Source: a virus
Taxonomy: Duplodnaviria > Caudoviricetes
Reading direction: 5' to 3' (one strand)
DNA: 64,000 bases
Virus record (IMG/VR): IMGVR_UViG_3300037634_007228
Coordinates: 19,138 to 83,137 of that record
Of this stretch, positions 19,701-28,177 are shown in pieces (the first letter of the stretch is position 1; each line of letters starts with the position of its first letter). The position numbers and the translations under genes are program-made. The notes beneath the pieces are model-generated. The model worked only from the letters and a program-made list of their open reading frames with translations, was not told the DNA's origin and made no database searches.

Positions 19701-22700
19701 ACTTTTCATAAGATGAAAGCTCTTGTTTTTGTTCCTTCTTGATCAGGAGAGTTTCCAGTGCGTTATCAAAGAAAAACCTTTTTTGAGAATTGTGTGCCAA
19801 AGCAAAAAGAGTGGAGTTGTTAGTTAAGTCATCTTGTAAATCTGCCACAACCAACACCGAGTTGTCAGACACGGCGGCGGGCTCAATTGCAGTAATAAAA
19901 CCGGTCTCTTTTGCAGCGAATGGGTTGTCAACGCTAGATATCACAATTGGCGCAGTTTGTTGAGTTATTCTATTGGTGTTTCTTAAATAGCGAGCGATGG
20001 GATGTTGCCCGACTCGTAGTTGTTTCCACGAAGGATACCCGTATGCGCCGCCACGATGGTGGATAAGAGCGTTTATCATTCCTCCAAGTCCAACGTCGCC
20101 GGAAGAGATAAACGGCGTCGAACCCCCAGCACCAGTAAGATTGATCTGTGCGTCTATCACTTTATCAATGCGAAGATCAGAACCCCAATTGGTTGGCTGT
20201 GGATTCAGATTAAAATATGTACCCGCAAAAATCCAGCCGTATTTGGGATTGGCAATCACTGTGGTATCGTAAGTAGCGTAAAAAGAAGACCAGCCCAGAG
20301 TATAATCTGTAAAAGGTTCATAAATATGGATATTAAGACCAACAAAATCTGTATGCTCTGCGGCAGCGCCGCCGCCGCGAGAGTCATTGGACCAATTGCC
20401 TTGGGGGCTGAAACCCCAAACACGACAAGCGGTCGTCCGCATATACGAAAAAAGCTCACTCTGGCTAATAAATAGCATATCGCTAGCACCCGTCACGAAG
20501 CCGAGGTCAGCAACCAGATTTACTGACGTGCCAATGCGAGGATAACTGCCGCCTGCTCCATACTTGAAGCCGGTATAACCAATAAGCGATGACGATATCC
20601 ATGCATAACCGCTTTCCTTTGCAGGAATGCCGCGAGAAATATAACCATTATCTGAAACGGTTCCTGTAAAGGTAGTGCCATCGGCAGCATATTTCATTAT
20701 GGATCTTCGGTTGGGACAGACCTTATGTATCGACGCCGACAAATCATTGCTCCCCGATTCGTATCCCCCAAAAGACATGGGGACTTTCAATAAACTATTG
20801 TAAGCTTGTCTCACCGCAAGATTTCTATTGTTGAGTTCGTTATAAACACTATACTCTCCGCTTGTAGCATTCAAGAAAGCACCAGCCGTGTCGGGTCCAC
20901 CGGGAGCGCTGAACCTTTCAACAAAAACCGATTTTACAGCGGAAGCAGTAACAACAGCGTAATCATATGTGCCACTCACATATGGACTCGGCAAATTGGC
21001 TGGTGTGTTGAGATAATCTTCTAAATGAAAATTATTATATAACTTGCCACAAGTTTGGAACACCTCATACGTTTGAGCAAAGTTACCAAGTGCAGCGCCT
21101 GTGGTTTGAATATTTTTAATATTAATCGGGGCGCGGATGGCTGGGTCTTGATAAAACTGATCAACCGGAGCATCATAACCCAAGCTTCTGCGCGGAGATT
21201 GAATAGTGATTTCTGAAGAGTTATCCAAAACAACCTCAAATCTTTCGGCTCGCGTCAAAGAAGAAGTGAGATTGTCAGAGATCCGTATTTTTCGCGACTT
21301 TGAGCCTCCAACACGTTGTGCTGTAAACGGACCCTGAAGGGGTTGTACAGCGTCTGGTCCAAAAACATCGTGATGAATATTGGTAACAAACGGCTGCTGA
21401 TTGGCGAGGTTAAAAGCGTTATTGGCGAAACTCCCCGTATCAGTTGAAATAGATTGAGAATACAAGCTCAACGGGGCAACAAAACCAAATTTGGTTGTTT
21501 CGTCTCCCACCCTAACTTGTGCGCCCACCGGTCTTTTGGTAAAAAGGCTCAAATCATCATTACATGATTGAGGGTCAACCATCGCCGATTCACTAGCAGC
21601 CATTGCGGCAAAACCTTCCGAAGAAGAATTATAAACAACCCCCTTATAATAATCAAGCCTTTTGTTTGGACCAAAATTAATGCCACCGTGTATTTCTTTG
21701 GGCATAGAAACGTACTCCCTTACGGGTGCAGCGTTTCTACGATCTTGGGTTTGTTGGCTCGCAGACAGGATCATATTGCGAGAATGCACAACCGACGTCG
21801 GAACATCCGACTCAAACGTTGCATTGTTTCTTTCGGCTTCATATTTCCACCAATAACAATTATCTATCTGCAAATCACTCAAAGGGTGATGAGCAAATTT
21901 CCAGTTTACAGGATTGGTGCCGGATGCGACCGCTTCGGGGGTGGGCACCTTGAATTCAATCGTCGGTAATTTATAAGTATATTTATTTCTCTCCAAGACA
22001 TGACTTTCTACAACATTATAAATTTTATCCGAACCCTGCAAAGAAGCTGGGAGGAGATTCATTAACATCTCGTTAATCGAGTTGTCGAGCCATTTATAAT
22101 ATTCAAAAAAGGCAGCAGAAGTTCTCTTTGATATAACAGTGGAAAAATATTCAGTGGCAAGCTTTTTTAAATCTTTATATTCCATCCTATATTTGTTAAT
22201 AGGGTTTCCAATGAGTTCATTAAAGCCATCCAGCGAGGAAAAGAACGCAATTATATCTCGATTTATTGCCTGTTGAGCGCTCTTTTCAATTGTGAAATAG
22301 CCCAACTGGGATTCAATTAGATCTTTTGTGACCTCATCGTCTGCTGTTAAAACCCGAACGCCAGTTAATTCACCAAAGTTTTCTGGGTTTGTCGTCTTGC
22401 CTACTGTGAAAAAACGACTATTGTAAACGCCAGTTGACGACTCTTTGAACCCATAACCGTTCGCCTGATATAGACTTCCGAGAACATCATTCAAATAATT
22501 TATGTTTGTTTCTTTATATGACCCCGAAGACAAATCTGGCAAATAAAACTCGCCACTTGAATCAGAAGTAGTAAGGTCTGCCGTTCCCCAATTCAGGATT
22601 AGAGAATTTATTTTGGGAACATAAGCTCCACTAAACTTATTTGATAAAGGTAAAAAGTTTTCATATGGCTGGTTTCTACCTATATTTCTCGGATCTTTGG

Positions 22701-25275
22701 CGTGACTTATTAATTCATTATTGCTTAAATCGTCCAGCCAAACGCGGAAAAAGCCAATATTTAAGTCAGAGTTTGTTAAAACAGATCCAGTAAAATTGGT
22801 TCTATTCGCACCGAAATAGGGTATCCTATTTTGGCTTAATAGAGGAATCCCACGCTCGGAATGAAAAGACGCTGACAAATTAAAAGAGTTATAGACAGTC
22901 TCGTCCTCTACATTGTATCCTCTAAAATTAACTACATAAGAGCCAGAACCTGTCTGAAGAGCGTCATTTAAATCGCCAACTCCATATCCGACCGGCTTAA
23001 TGGTTACTCCCAAGGTCCAAGTTTCATTGTCATAAGAATCTTCAAACAACTCCGAAACTATTTCTGGGAATATGCCTGCGCCGCCAGTAGCCAGCGACGA
23101 AGTCAGCACAAACTTTACTCTTTTAGAAACCAGATTGTCACGAACGGCATAAACCTGAAACCCAGCGTCGGCAGCTAAAAAAGCGGTGGAGTTCTCATCT
23201 GCGGTAGTATCAACGCCGTGAACACCAAACACAGATGCGCTTTGCCCCACAAAATTAACAGTAGTGGCATTGCCAAAAGCAGGATACTGAGGTAAAAACA
23301 CTTGGCACTCATAAGTATTCGCCATCCTCGATTCGATGGGATCGTCTATGCCATAGGTTCCCGAAATAAAAGGCATACCAACAGAAGCCGAAGCTGCCGA
23401 AAAAACAGTCCCGTCGTTATTAGCAAGCGTCGAAAAATTTACAAACTTATATTTTTCAGCATAGAGTTCGCGCTTGTCACCCAATTTAATAATGGAATTA
23501 TCCTGATAAACCGATAAGTTAATTAACTCATTGTCCACTCCGAAACACCGAAGACTATTTCTCAGGCTCTCCACCGTTCCCTTTGTCCTAAAAATTTCAG
23601 GACTGTTATTATAAAGATTAGAATATATAACCTTCTTAACCGATTCAAGTTTTTGTGCAAACTCTCCCTGCTCGCCGCTATTAAACATATTGGCAACGGT
23701 CGTTTCGTTTTCTAGAATCCTTCCAATAAGAAAGCCTCGCGAGTTCAATGCCTTCTGCGCGAATTTTGTTCTTGCTATTCTGTCATTATAATATTCCATA
23801 TAATGAATATTGGGAAAGGTTTTTATTTCCAAAAATATCTCATCTAGAGTCGATGCCATTATTTGAGTAAGGCTTTTGAGTTCTCTGGAGTTTAATTGAT
23901 CTTCATCTGTTATCCAATCGGGTAATGTATGATAAAAACTATTATTATTAAGTTCGTCGTGTAAAGACGAGGTCGCCTTCGTTTCGGAAATATAAGTCGC
24001 TACCCGTGGATTGTTTGTATATAAAATCGGATCTTTTTCTTCGCGAGTTGCCAGACCAGATGCCACAAACGCAGAACCAGTATTGCGAGCAGTAGAAACA
24101 TATCCCACAAAAGCGCCATTGTTTATCCTCCCAGAATAATCCAAAATCACTTCATCTGTGGCAGCGACAGTTGTAATGCCCTCATTAAACTTGTAATATA
24201 CCCCAAGATCAATATTTGTAGAGCCTGTGGTTGCGCCGCCAGCGACGGGCTGTCGGCTAAAGATTCCAATTTGTTCTGCTGTTCTAGTCCGTCGCCAAAA
24301 ACGAAAATCATCTAAAGACGCAGATAGCTTTCCCCAGCCCAAAGCTGTGCCAGTGGTTCCAGTTTGCTCGGTAACCAAGGAACCCAAAGTGGCAACAAAG
24401 TTTCCTGTAACATTCGTGATGGGATCTCCACTGAGAGTGTCCGCACCTTGATATTTACCGTCCAAATAAGATTCGACACTAACATTAGAAGCCCCATAGT
24501 TAATATTTAAAGCAATGTGGTGCCACTTATTATCTACAATGCTCCCAGACTCAATCGTTGTCAGATAACTGTTTGCTAAATAACTTCCAGATGATATTTG
24601 TATTAAAAAAGGATATGCCGTCTGCTGGTCCAATTCGACCGTAAAACGACCTACTGAATCTGAGGCACTGGAGCTATTCCAAACATCTAAAACAACCTCT
24701 TTCTGATCTGCAATAACGCTTAACCAAGCCGACTTCTTTATAAAGAACTCAATGCAGTTTCCGTCGGGCTGCCCAAAACTTAAATTAGAACCAAATTGAA
24801 GATTATCGTTAACTACATTTCCTACTTGTAAATTTCCATCAACTAAAATATATTCTTTATCCTCTGGGTTTACATAAAGGGACGCATCGCCCAAGCTCGA
24901 CCCCCAGCCATCAGATGAAAAAACAACATAACCATTTGTTCTGGGATATTCATGTTCAAAAATGTAATTTTCTAAAAACGAACTGCTATAATGCCAGAGT
25001 TGTTTGTCCGTCACAGTGCCATCATAGGGATAATAACTCTGGATGTGATCGATGGCTTTATTGTAATAATCTTCGGCTGACCCAAAAAATGCAAAATTGC
25101 TTGCGGTGGCAAAATCAACCGGGGGAATATAGCGGTCATTTACCTTATGAATAATTTTAATAGCTTCGCCACGATCAAACGTGGTGCCGGCTGACTCTCT
25201 CGTTTGTTTGATCAGCGGCTTAGATATTTTCTGTTGGGACTTTATTGCATCTATGTATTTTTTAAAACTCATCAA
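16711..25275 (-). CDS. Giant baseplate wedge-like protein (gp7/P2 gpI-like motif) with LamG/ConA-like domains
   Basis: 2854 aa. LamG signatures DNKWHHIALNI...SYLDG...LDDFRFW...AEQI and a second copy TWTLGVTI...IGFFRVW. Wedge-like motif RTKGTVESLRNSLRCFG. Located just downstream of the gp25/gp6 genes. Confidence 0.65.
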   Translation of the reverse strand: MMSFKKYIDAIKSQQKISKPLIKQTRESAGTTFDRGEAIKIIHKVNDRYIPPVDFATASNFAFFGSAEDYYNKAIDHIQSYYPYDGTVTDKQLWHYSSSFLENYIFEHEYPRTNGYVVFSSDGWGSSLGDASLYVNPEDKEYILVDGNLQVGNVVNDNLQFGSNLSFGQPDGNCIEFFIKKSAWLSVIADQKEVVLDVWNSSSASDSVGRFTVELDQQTAYPFLIQISSGSYLANSYLTTIESGSIVDNKWHHIALNINYGASNVSVESYLDGKYQGADTLSGDPITNVTGNFVATLGSLVTEQTGTTGTALGWGKLSASLDDFRFWRRTRTAEQIGIFSRQPVAGGATTGSTNIDLGVYYKFNEGITTVAATDEVILDYSGRINNGAFVGYVSTARNTGSAFVASGLATREEKDPILYTNNPRVATYISETKATSSLHDELNNNSFYHTLPDWITDEDQLNSRELKSLTQIMASTLDEIFLEIKTFPNIHYMEYYNDRIARTKFAQKALNSRGFLIGRILENETTVANMFNSGEQGEFAQKLESVKKVIYSNLYNNSPEIFRTKGTVESLRNSLRCFGVDNELINLSVYQDNSIIKLGDKRELYAEKYKFVNFSTLANNDGTVFSAASASVGMPFISGTYGIDDPIESRMANTYECQVFLPQYPAFGNATTVNFVGQSASVFGVHGVDTTADENSTAFLAADAGFQVYAVRDNLVSKRVKFVLTSSLATGGAGIFPEIVSELFEDSYDNETWTLGVTIKPVGYGVGDLNDALQTGSGSYVVNFRGYNVEDETVYNSFNLSASFHSERGIPLLSQNRIPYFGANRTNFTGSVLTNSDLNIGFFRVWLDDLSNNELISHAKDPRNIGRNQPYENFLPLSNKFSGAYVPKINSLILNWGTADLTTSDSSGEFYLPDLSSGSYKETNINYLNDVLGSLYQANGYGFKESSTGVYNSRFFTVGKTTNPENFGELTGVRVLTADDEVTKDLIESQLGYFTIEKSAQQAINRDIIAFFSSLDGFNELIGNPINKYRMEYKDLKKLATEYFSTVISKRTSAAFFEYYKWLDNSINEMLMNLLPASLQGSDKIYNVVESHVLERNKYTYKLPTIEFKVPTPEAVASGTNPVNWKFAHHPLSDLQIDNCYWWKYEAERNNATFESDVPTSVVHSRNMILSASQQTQDRRNAAPVREYVSMPKEIHGGINFGPNKRLDYYKGVVYNSSSEGFAAMAASESAMVDPQSCNDDLSLFTKRPVGAQVRVGDETTKFGFVAPLSLYSQSISTDTGSFANNAFNLANQQPFVTNIHHDVFGPDAVQPLQGPFTAQRVGGSKSRKIRISDNLTSSLTRAERFEVVLDNSSEITIQSPRRSLGYDAPVDQFYQDPAIRAPINIKNIQTTGAALGNFAQTYEVFQTCGKLYNNFHLEDYLNTPANLPSPYVSGTYDYAVVTASAVKSVFVERFSAPGGPDTAGAFLNATSGEYSVYNELNNRNLAVRQAYNSLLKVPMSFGGYESGSNDLSASIHKVCPNRRSIMKYAADGTTFTGTVSDNGYISRGIPAKESGYAWISSSLIGYTGFKYGAGGSYPRIGTSVNLVADLGFVTGASDMLFISQSELFSYMRTTACRVWGFSPQGNWSNDSRGGGAAAEHTDFVGLNIHIYEPFTDYTLGWSSFYATYDTTVIANPKYGWIFAGTYFNLNPQPTNWGSDLRIDKVIDAQINLTGAGGSTPFISSGDVGLGGMINALIHHRGGAYGYPSWKQLRVGQHPIARYLRNTNRITQQTAPIVISSVDNPFAAKETGFITAIEPAAVSDNSVLVVADLQDDLTNNSTLFALAHNSQKRFFFDNALETLLIKKEQKQELSSYEKFYNFYSSKFQDAMNKEDIRFVKFSHQIYPLQKYSYLGSSLIRDIFVQPWKDTVADRSLIKVTAYAWDYYIPYVTNQMGFNLAYGGPNPLATQSAEITEVASPDLRGNTVGPSINVLDTATGSAAEISLQFRVHFNATSDQGTKYVDLRTKASSSIANPAWTLDAPNYANEARYDTVAANNMRFGILRDPKNVLSRFVTRCQTPINNNTAYDAAQTNQTLDDTGSALVNASSTFGPILEMPYIVDAPISDGAWFANSHSGVFNSSFYEPWSAPTTYGKGPYYYNDHKEFSEFVKICGKDHSLLPEYRISDHVESIYAGGSVSLNSDAVSSTSITGSSTAAANISRYEEGAVFFNFEEIKKKHKFMKMSKIRLKIDAITKLLPYEGFYPAERTVQLAQLFSSSLIPATTLDGETTSFRTLMQPLFMPGVLFNSIKAGLAMSHGMFTGDYATTRLMSVGNVMMEKCIGDLGTAFQTVPFEELVTLEKMRSPNTYIYDMYPHTSMSMDSTASLGGQPEPFYQLAMSNFLASTIDFCLLDNRLSTIVSKEESELGQVKNGESYAVEIAVANNLNYNAYGEGSQGPWQTVVSAPHTQQMGWGPSVSGSKYDTVDYATDAMWKPAWGQGSASVVLEWNPAADEKPTISQIQKECTQSFHRTSEPTIALMPQILNQQPSLSESLNYLLVADKSMLEEDIITGQPTKKSTPQNTLNNVWVIQPKWETPYLTRNIVAGLTEDAKLGGIWKSYCELPDPKTNKAEFVMTVKDVAGYKSLKDYLLFPDKVQLGRLSKSTKIEEAIVCIPYFKASTQPDKTFFAIDQDEFKKKQKQGIQSVQNNEEPNEWYNLSLLLDKYVFPPRFDFLRNTNTKPVGMLVKEYSVALDEDDMHLYWQSLPPKPLGDFDRETAYLDIDIETTEMFKNIEKRKQVQWIIFKVKKRAKTNYFAMGAANPAFAGFSIPPPETVDGNKLKVADFSYNYPYDFCSLVETAKITAEIDFVKKSED

Positions 25276-26714
25276 TCCACCCTAAACTCAAATTTATCCA
25301 CCTGTTCCACAAAGTTTAAATCCTTTTTGATAATGAAGGAAACATTGTATCTATACCCTGCTTCAAATTGCGAAAAATCTAAATCAAAATAGTTGCCCCT
25401 AGAATCATACGACATTTTTGTAAACCCATCATTGCCGGAACCCGTTCCATATGGAACTACCTTTAGATCATCAGTATTTCGTTTCACTTCATAATAAATA
25501 TTCTCTAAAAGCGATGAACTTGGTGTGGTTATTCCGATGGAATAAATAGTTGGGGACCAATCTTTTGGTCGAATATACAAACGAATCGTAGCCTTTTCTG
25601 ACGTTCCGTAACTTTGTTTCAGATTGGCAGGAACTATTACATAATTTGTAAAATCTCGATTACTAGAAGCACTATGATTTAAAACCGTGATTTCAGACCC
25701 CGTAGCGTATTCCACAGTTCCAGAGTGCCAAACAACGAACACCGGAGAAATAGAACTTGAAGCATAAGCGAAGCTGGCTGAATAAATTCCGGTGGTCACA
25801 TGTGAGCCTGTAACATTATCATCTCCCGTCGTGGCAACTCCTCCACCGACCGGCAAAAACAATTTAGAGCCTAACGGCGAAGTGGAACCAGAATAAACAC
25901 TCAACAGCAAATCGCTAGTTCCAACGCTAGGGAGATTGGCTAACTGTCCTCCCACATAATTATAAAGATATAAATTATTCAAATTATCCGACGCTGGTGC
26001 CAGTGCCGAACTAAGATAAAATGTTGATGCATCATCTATTTTTGAATCATTATACCGAGCCTCTAATGCTGGCTTTTTAAGAATGTATTCGCTGGTTCTA
26101 CTATAAAATCTTTTCGTATAATAAGAAGCAGAAGCCGCCTCATCACTGGATGTTAAATACACCGCAATGCCATTGTTGGTAATAGTTCCATTTAACCACT
26201 CCACTACTAAAGGAGTAATATCAACCTCCAAATCCTCATAACCAGTAATAAAAGATGCAGTATAGACCGGACTAGAAAGAAAATCGCCGCCAGCGGTGGT
26301 CCAAGCAGTTCCATCGGAGGCTATGTCCCAGTTAGAAGCACCGGTATAATCTCTATTTGATAATTCAGGTCCAGTGCCTTCATCCCATGACTGAGATACT
26401 GGAGCCACCACCAAAGTAAAATTAGTGGGCGGGGGTTCTGGAGTTATGGCAGAAAACAAGCGCAACACAAAATTCGATCCGCTCTGAATAGTTAAATTAG
26501 TAATATCTGTCTGAATGGCAGTCGTAGAAAACTGAAGAAGCGCTCTTGATTTTTCATTACCATCCACCGAAGAAGTTTGTTGACCAAAAATAGAAAATAT
26601 TTCAATGGAGTCCGCAAGACCGGCATTAGTTCCAGTTAAGCGATTAGTAAACACTTCACCAAATACATTCGTGAGGGTGTTATCTTTCGTCGCTATGTAT
26701 TTTTTTACTGACAT
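25272..26714 (-). CDS. Virion protein with DNRLRE-like domain (paralog A)
   Basis: RALLQF...FVLRLF...VAPVSQSWDEGTG...W.TAGGD...EDLEVDITPLVVEWL...NNGIAV...FYSR pattern, followed by a C-terminal Ig-like segment. Confidence 0.65.
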   Translation of the reverse strand: MSVKKYIATKDNTLTNVFGEVFTNRLTGTNAGLADSIEIFSIFGQQTSSVDGNEKSRALLQFSTTAIQTDITNLTIQSGSNFVLRLFSAITPEPPPTNFTLVVAPVSQSWDEGTGPELSNRDYTGASNWDIASDGTAWTTAGGDFLSSPVYTASFITGYEDLEVDITPLVVEWLNGTITNNGIAVYLTSSDEAASASYYTKRFYSRTSEYILKKPALEARYNDSKIDDASTFYLSSALAPASDNLNNLYLYNYVGGQLANLPSVGTSDLLLSVYSGSTSPLGSKLFLPVGGGVATTGDDNVTGSHVTTGIYSASFAYASSSISPVFVVWHSGTVEYATGSEITVLNHSASSNRDFTNYVIVPANLKQSYGTSEKATIRLYIRPKDWSPTIYSIGITTPSSSLLENIYYEVKRNTDDLKVVPYGTGSGNDGFTKMSYDSRGNYFDLDFSQFEAGYRYNVSFIIKKDLNFVEQVDKFEFRVD

Positions 26715-26851
26715 TATGCTGTTCCAAAGTCAAACTTCTGGGCTTGTTCTCTATATTGTCCATTTTCATAAAACATAAATGATAAGGTATAAATGGTTCC
26801 TGAGTTAAAGTTTGAAAAATCTAAATCAAAATAGTTACCCTTTGAATCATA
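25372..26851. repeat. Dispersed direct repeat, 35/38 bp identical (25372-25409 and 26814-26851)
   Basis: gaaaaatctaaatcaaaatagtt is identical for 23 bp, near the 3' ends of the two DNRLRE-like paralogs. Confidence 0.8.
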
Positions 26852-28177
26852 TGAAAGAAGTGTATACTCTTCGTTGTCGCTGCCTGTCCCATATGGAATA
26901 ATCTCTAACTTGTCCCGCTTTCTTATGACCCTATAATATGCCTTTTCGATTTGCGTTGGTTCCATAGTCGTCGTTGCCGTGGTTTGCACAGTTGGGGCGA
27001 TAGAAGGATCGCGCACAAACAAACGCAAACGACTACTGTGGGTGTTCATATATGTTTCTTTCAAATTGGTGATCGATAAATAATATTTATTCGTTTTTCG
27101 ATAATTGGGAAAAGGGCGAGCGTCCGGTCGTAAAACCGAACTTGTATGAAATTCTGTAGTGTTATCGTGCCAAACGGCAAAAATATTTTCCAATGAACTA
27201 GAATTGAAAGCGAAAGAAGCCGAATAAATCCCAGCGGAAACATATGATCCTGTGATATTAGTGTCCGCTGCTGCAACGACGCCGCCACCGAGGGGGAGTG
27301 CCAATTTGGAACCAGACGGTGTAGTTTCCGTAGAGCCGGAATAAACACTCACATAAAGATCCCCCGTACCAATGGAGGGAATGTTGACCAAGTTGCCTTT
27401 AATATAATTGTACAAATAAATGGTATTTAAATTGCTTGCGGCTGTCACCCGTGAAGCACTAAGATATAAATTACCCCCGTTATCTTGAATAGAGTTATTG
27501 AAGCGAGCTTGAATCAAGGGTCTTTTATGGAAGTCAAAATATTGAGCGGAGTAAAATCCCTTTTTATAATGACTCTGTGAAGCCGATTCTTGGGAAGCCG
27601 TGAGTTGTAACAACAAACCATAATCAGTCACGGCATCGGTTAAAATACTTTCAACGTAGGGGGTAATATTAATACTTAAATCTTCGACGCCGGTATCAAA
27701 GGTATATTTAGATATGGGGGAGGCTCTTACGTCACCGCCATCAGAGGACCACATCACTTTTGGTTTAGAAGAGGCTGTTAGCCAATTGCTCCCGATCTCG
27801 TTGCTCATATCATCAAATGAAATACCACGTCCTTCCTCCCACGCTCGCGAAAGGGGAGATATTTGAATGATAGAAGATGTGGGAGTCGTAGAAGAGTGCG
27901 GATAATTTTTCATCTGCAAATAAAAAGTCACACTTCCCGAAGCAGGTAAATCTCCCGCAGATCGATCTACTAACATTTGACCCGTGTTAAATTGGATTAA
28001 AATTCTGGCTCTTCCATTATCGGCGACAGAGGCTGTAACTGTATTGTACAGTGAATAAACTTCTAGATTCTCTGTCAAGCCAAAATTGATGTCACTCATA
28101 CGGCGCGTGCCGCTTTCAGGACGATAAGCGTCGGTAATTGTATTGTCCGTTCCGGCGAGATAATTTTTGATGCTCAT
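26714..28177 (-). CDS. Virion protein with DNRLRE-like domain (paralog B)
   Basis: RARILIQF...FYLQM...ISPLSRAWEEGRG...W..DGGD...EDLSINITPYV...DYGLLL. Colinear similarity to 25272..26714. Confidence 0.65.
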   Translation of the reverse strand: MSIKNYLAGTDNTITDAYRPESGTRRMSDINFGLTENLEVYSLYNTVTASVADNGRARILIQFNTGQMLVDRSAGDLPASGSVTFYLQMKNYPHSSTTPTSSIIQISPLSRAWEEGRGISFDDMSNEIGSNWLTASSKPKVMWSSDGGDVRASPISKYTFDTGVEDLSINITPYVESILTDAVTDYGLLLQLTASQESASQSHYKKGFYSAQYFDFHKRPLIQARFNNSIQDNGGNLYLSASRVTAASNLNTIYLYNYIKGNLVNIPSIGTGDLYVSVYSGSTETTPSGSKLALPLGGGVVAAADTNITGSYVSAGIYSASFAFNSSSLENIFAVWHDNTTEFHTSSVLRPDARPFPNYRKTNKYYLSITNLKETYMNTHSSRLRLFVRDPSIAPTVQTTATTTMEPTQIEKAYYRVIRKRDKLEIIPYGTGSDNEEYTLLSYDSKGNYFDLDFSNFNSGTIYTLSFMFYENGQYREQAQKFDFGTA

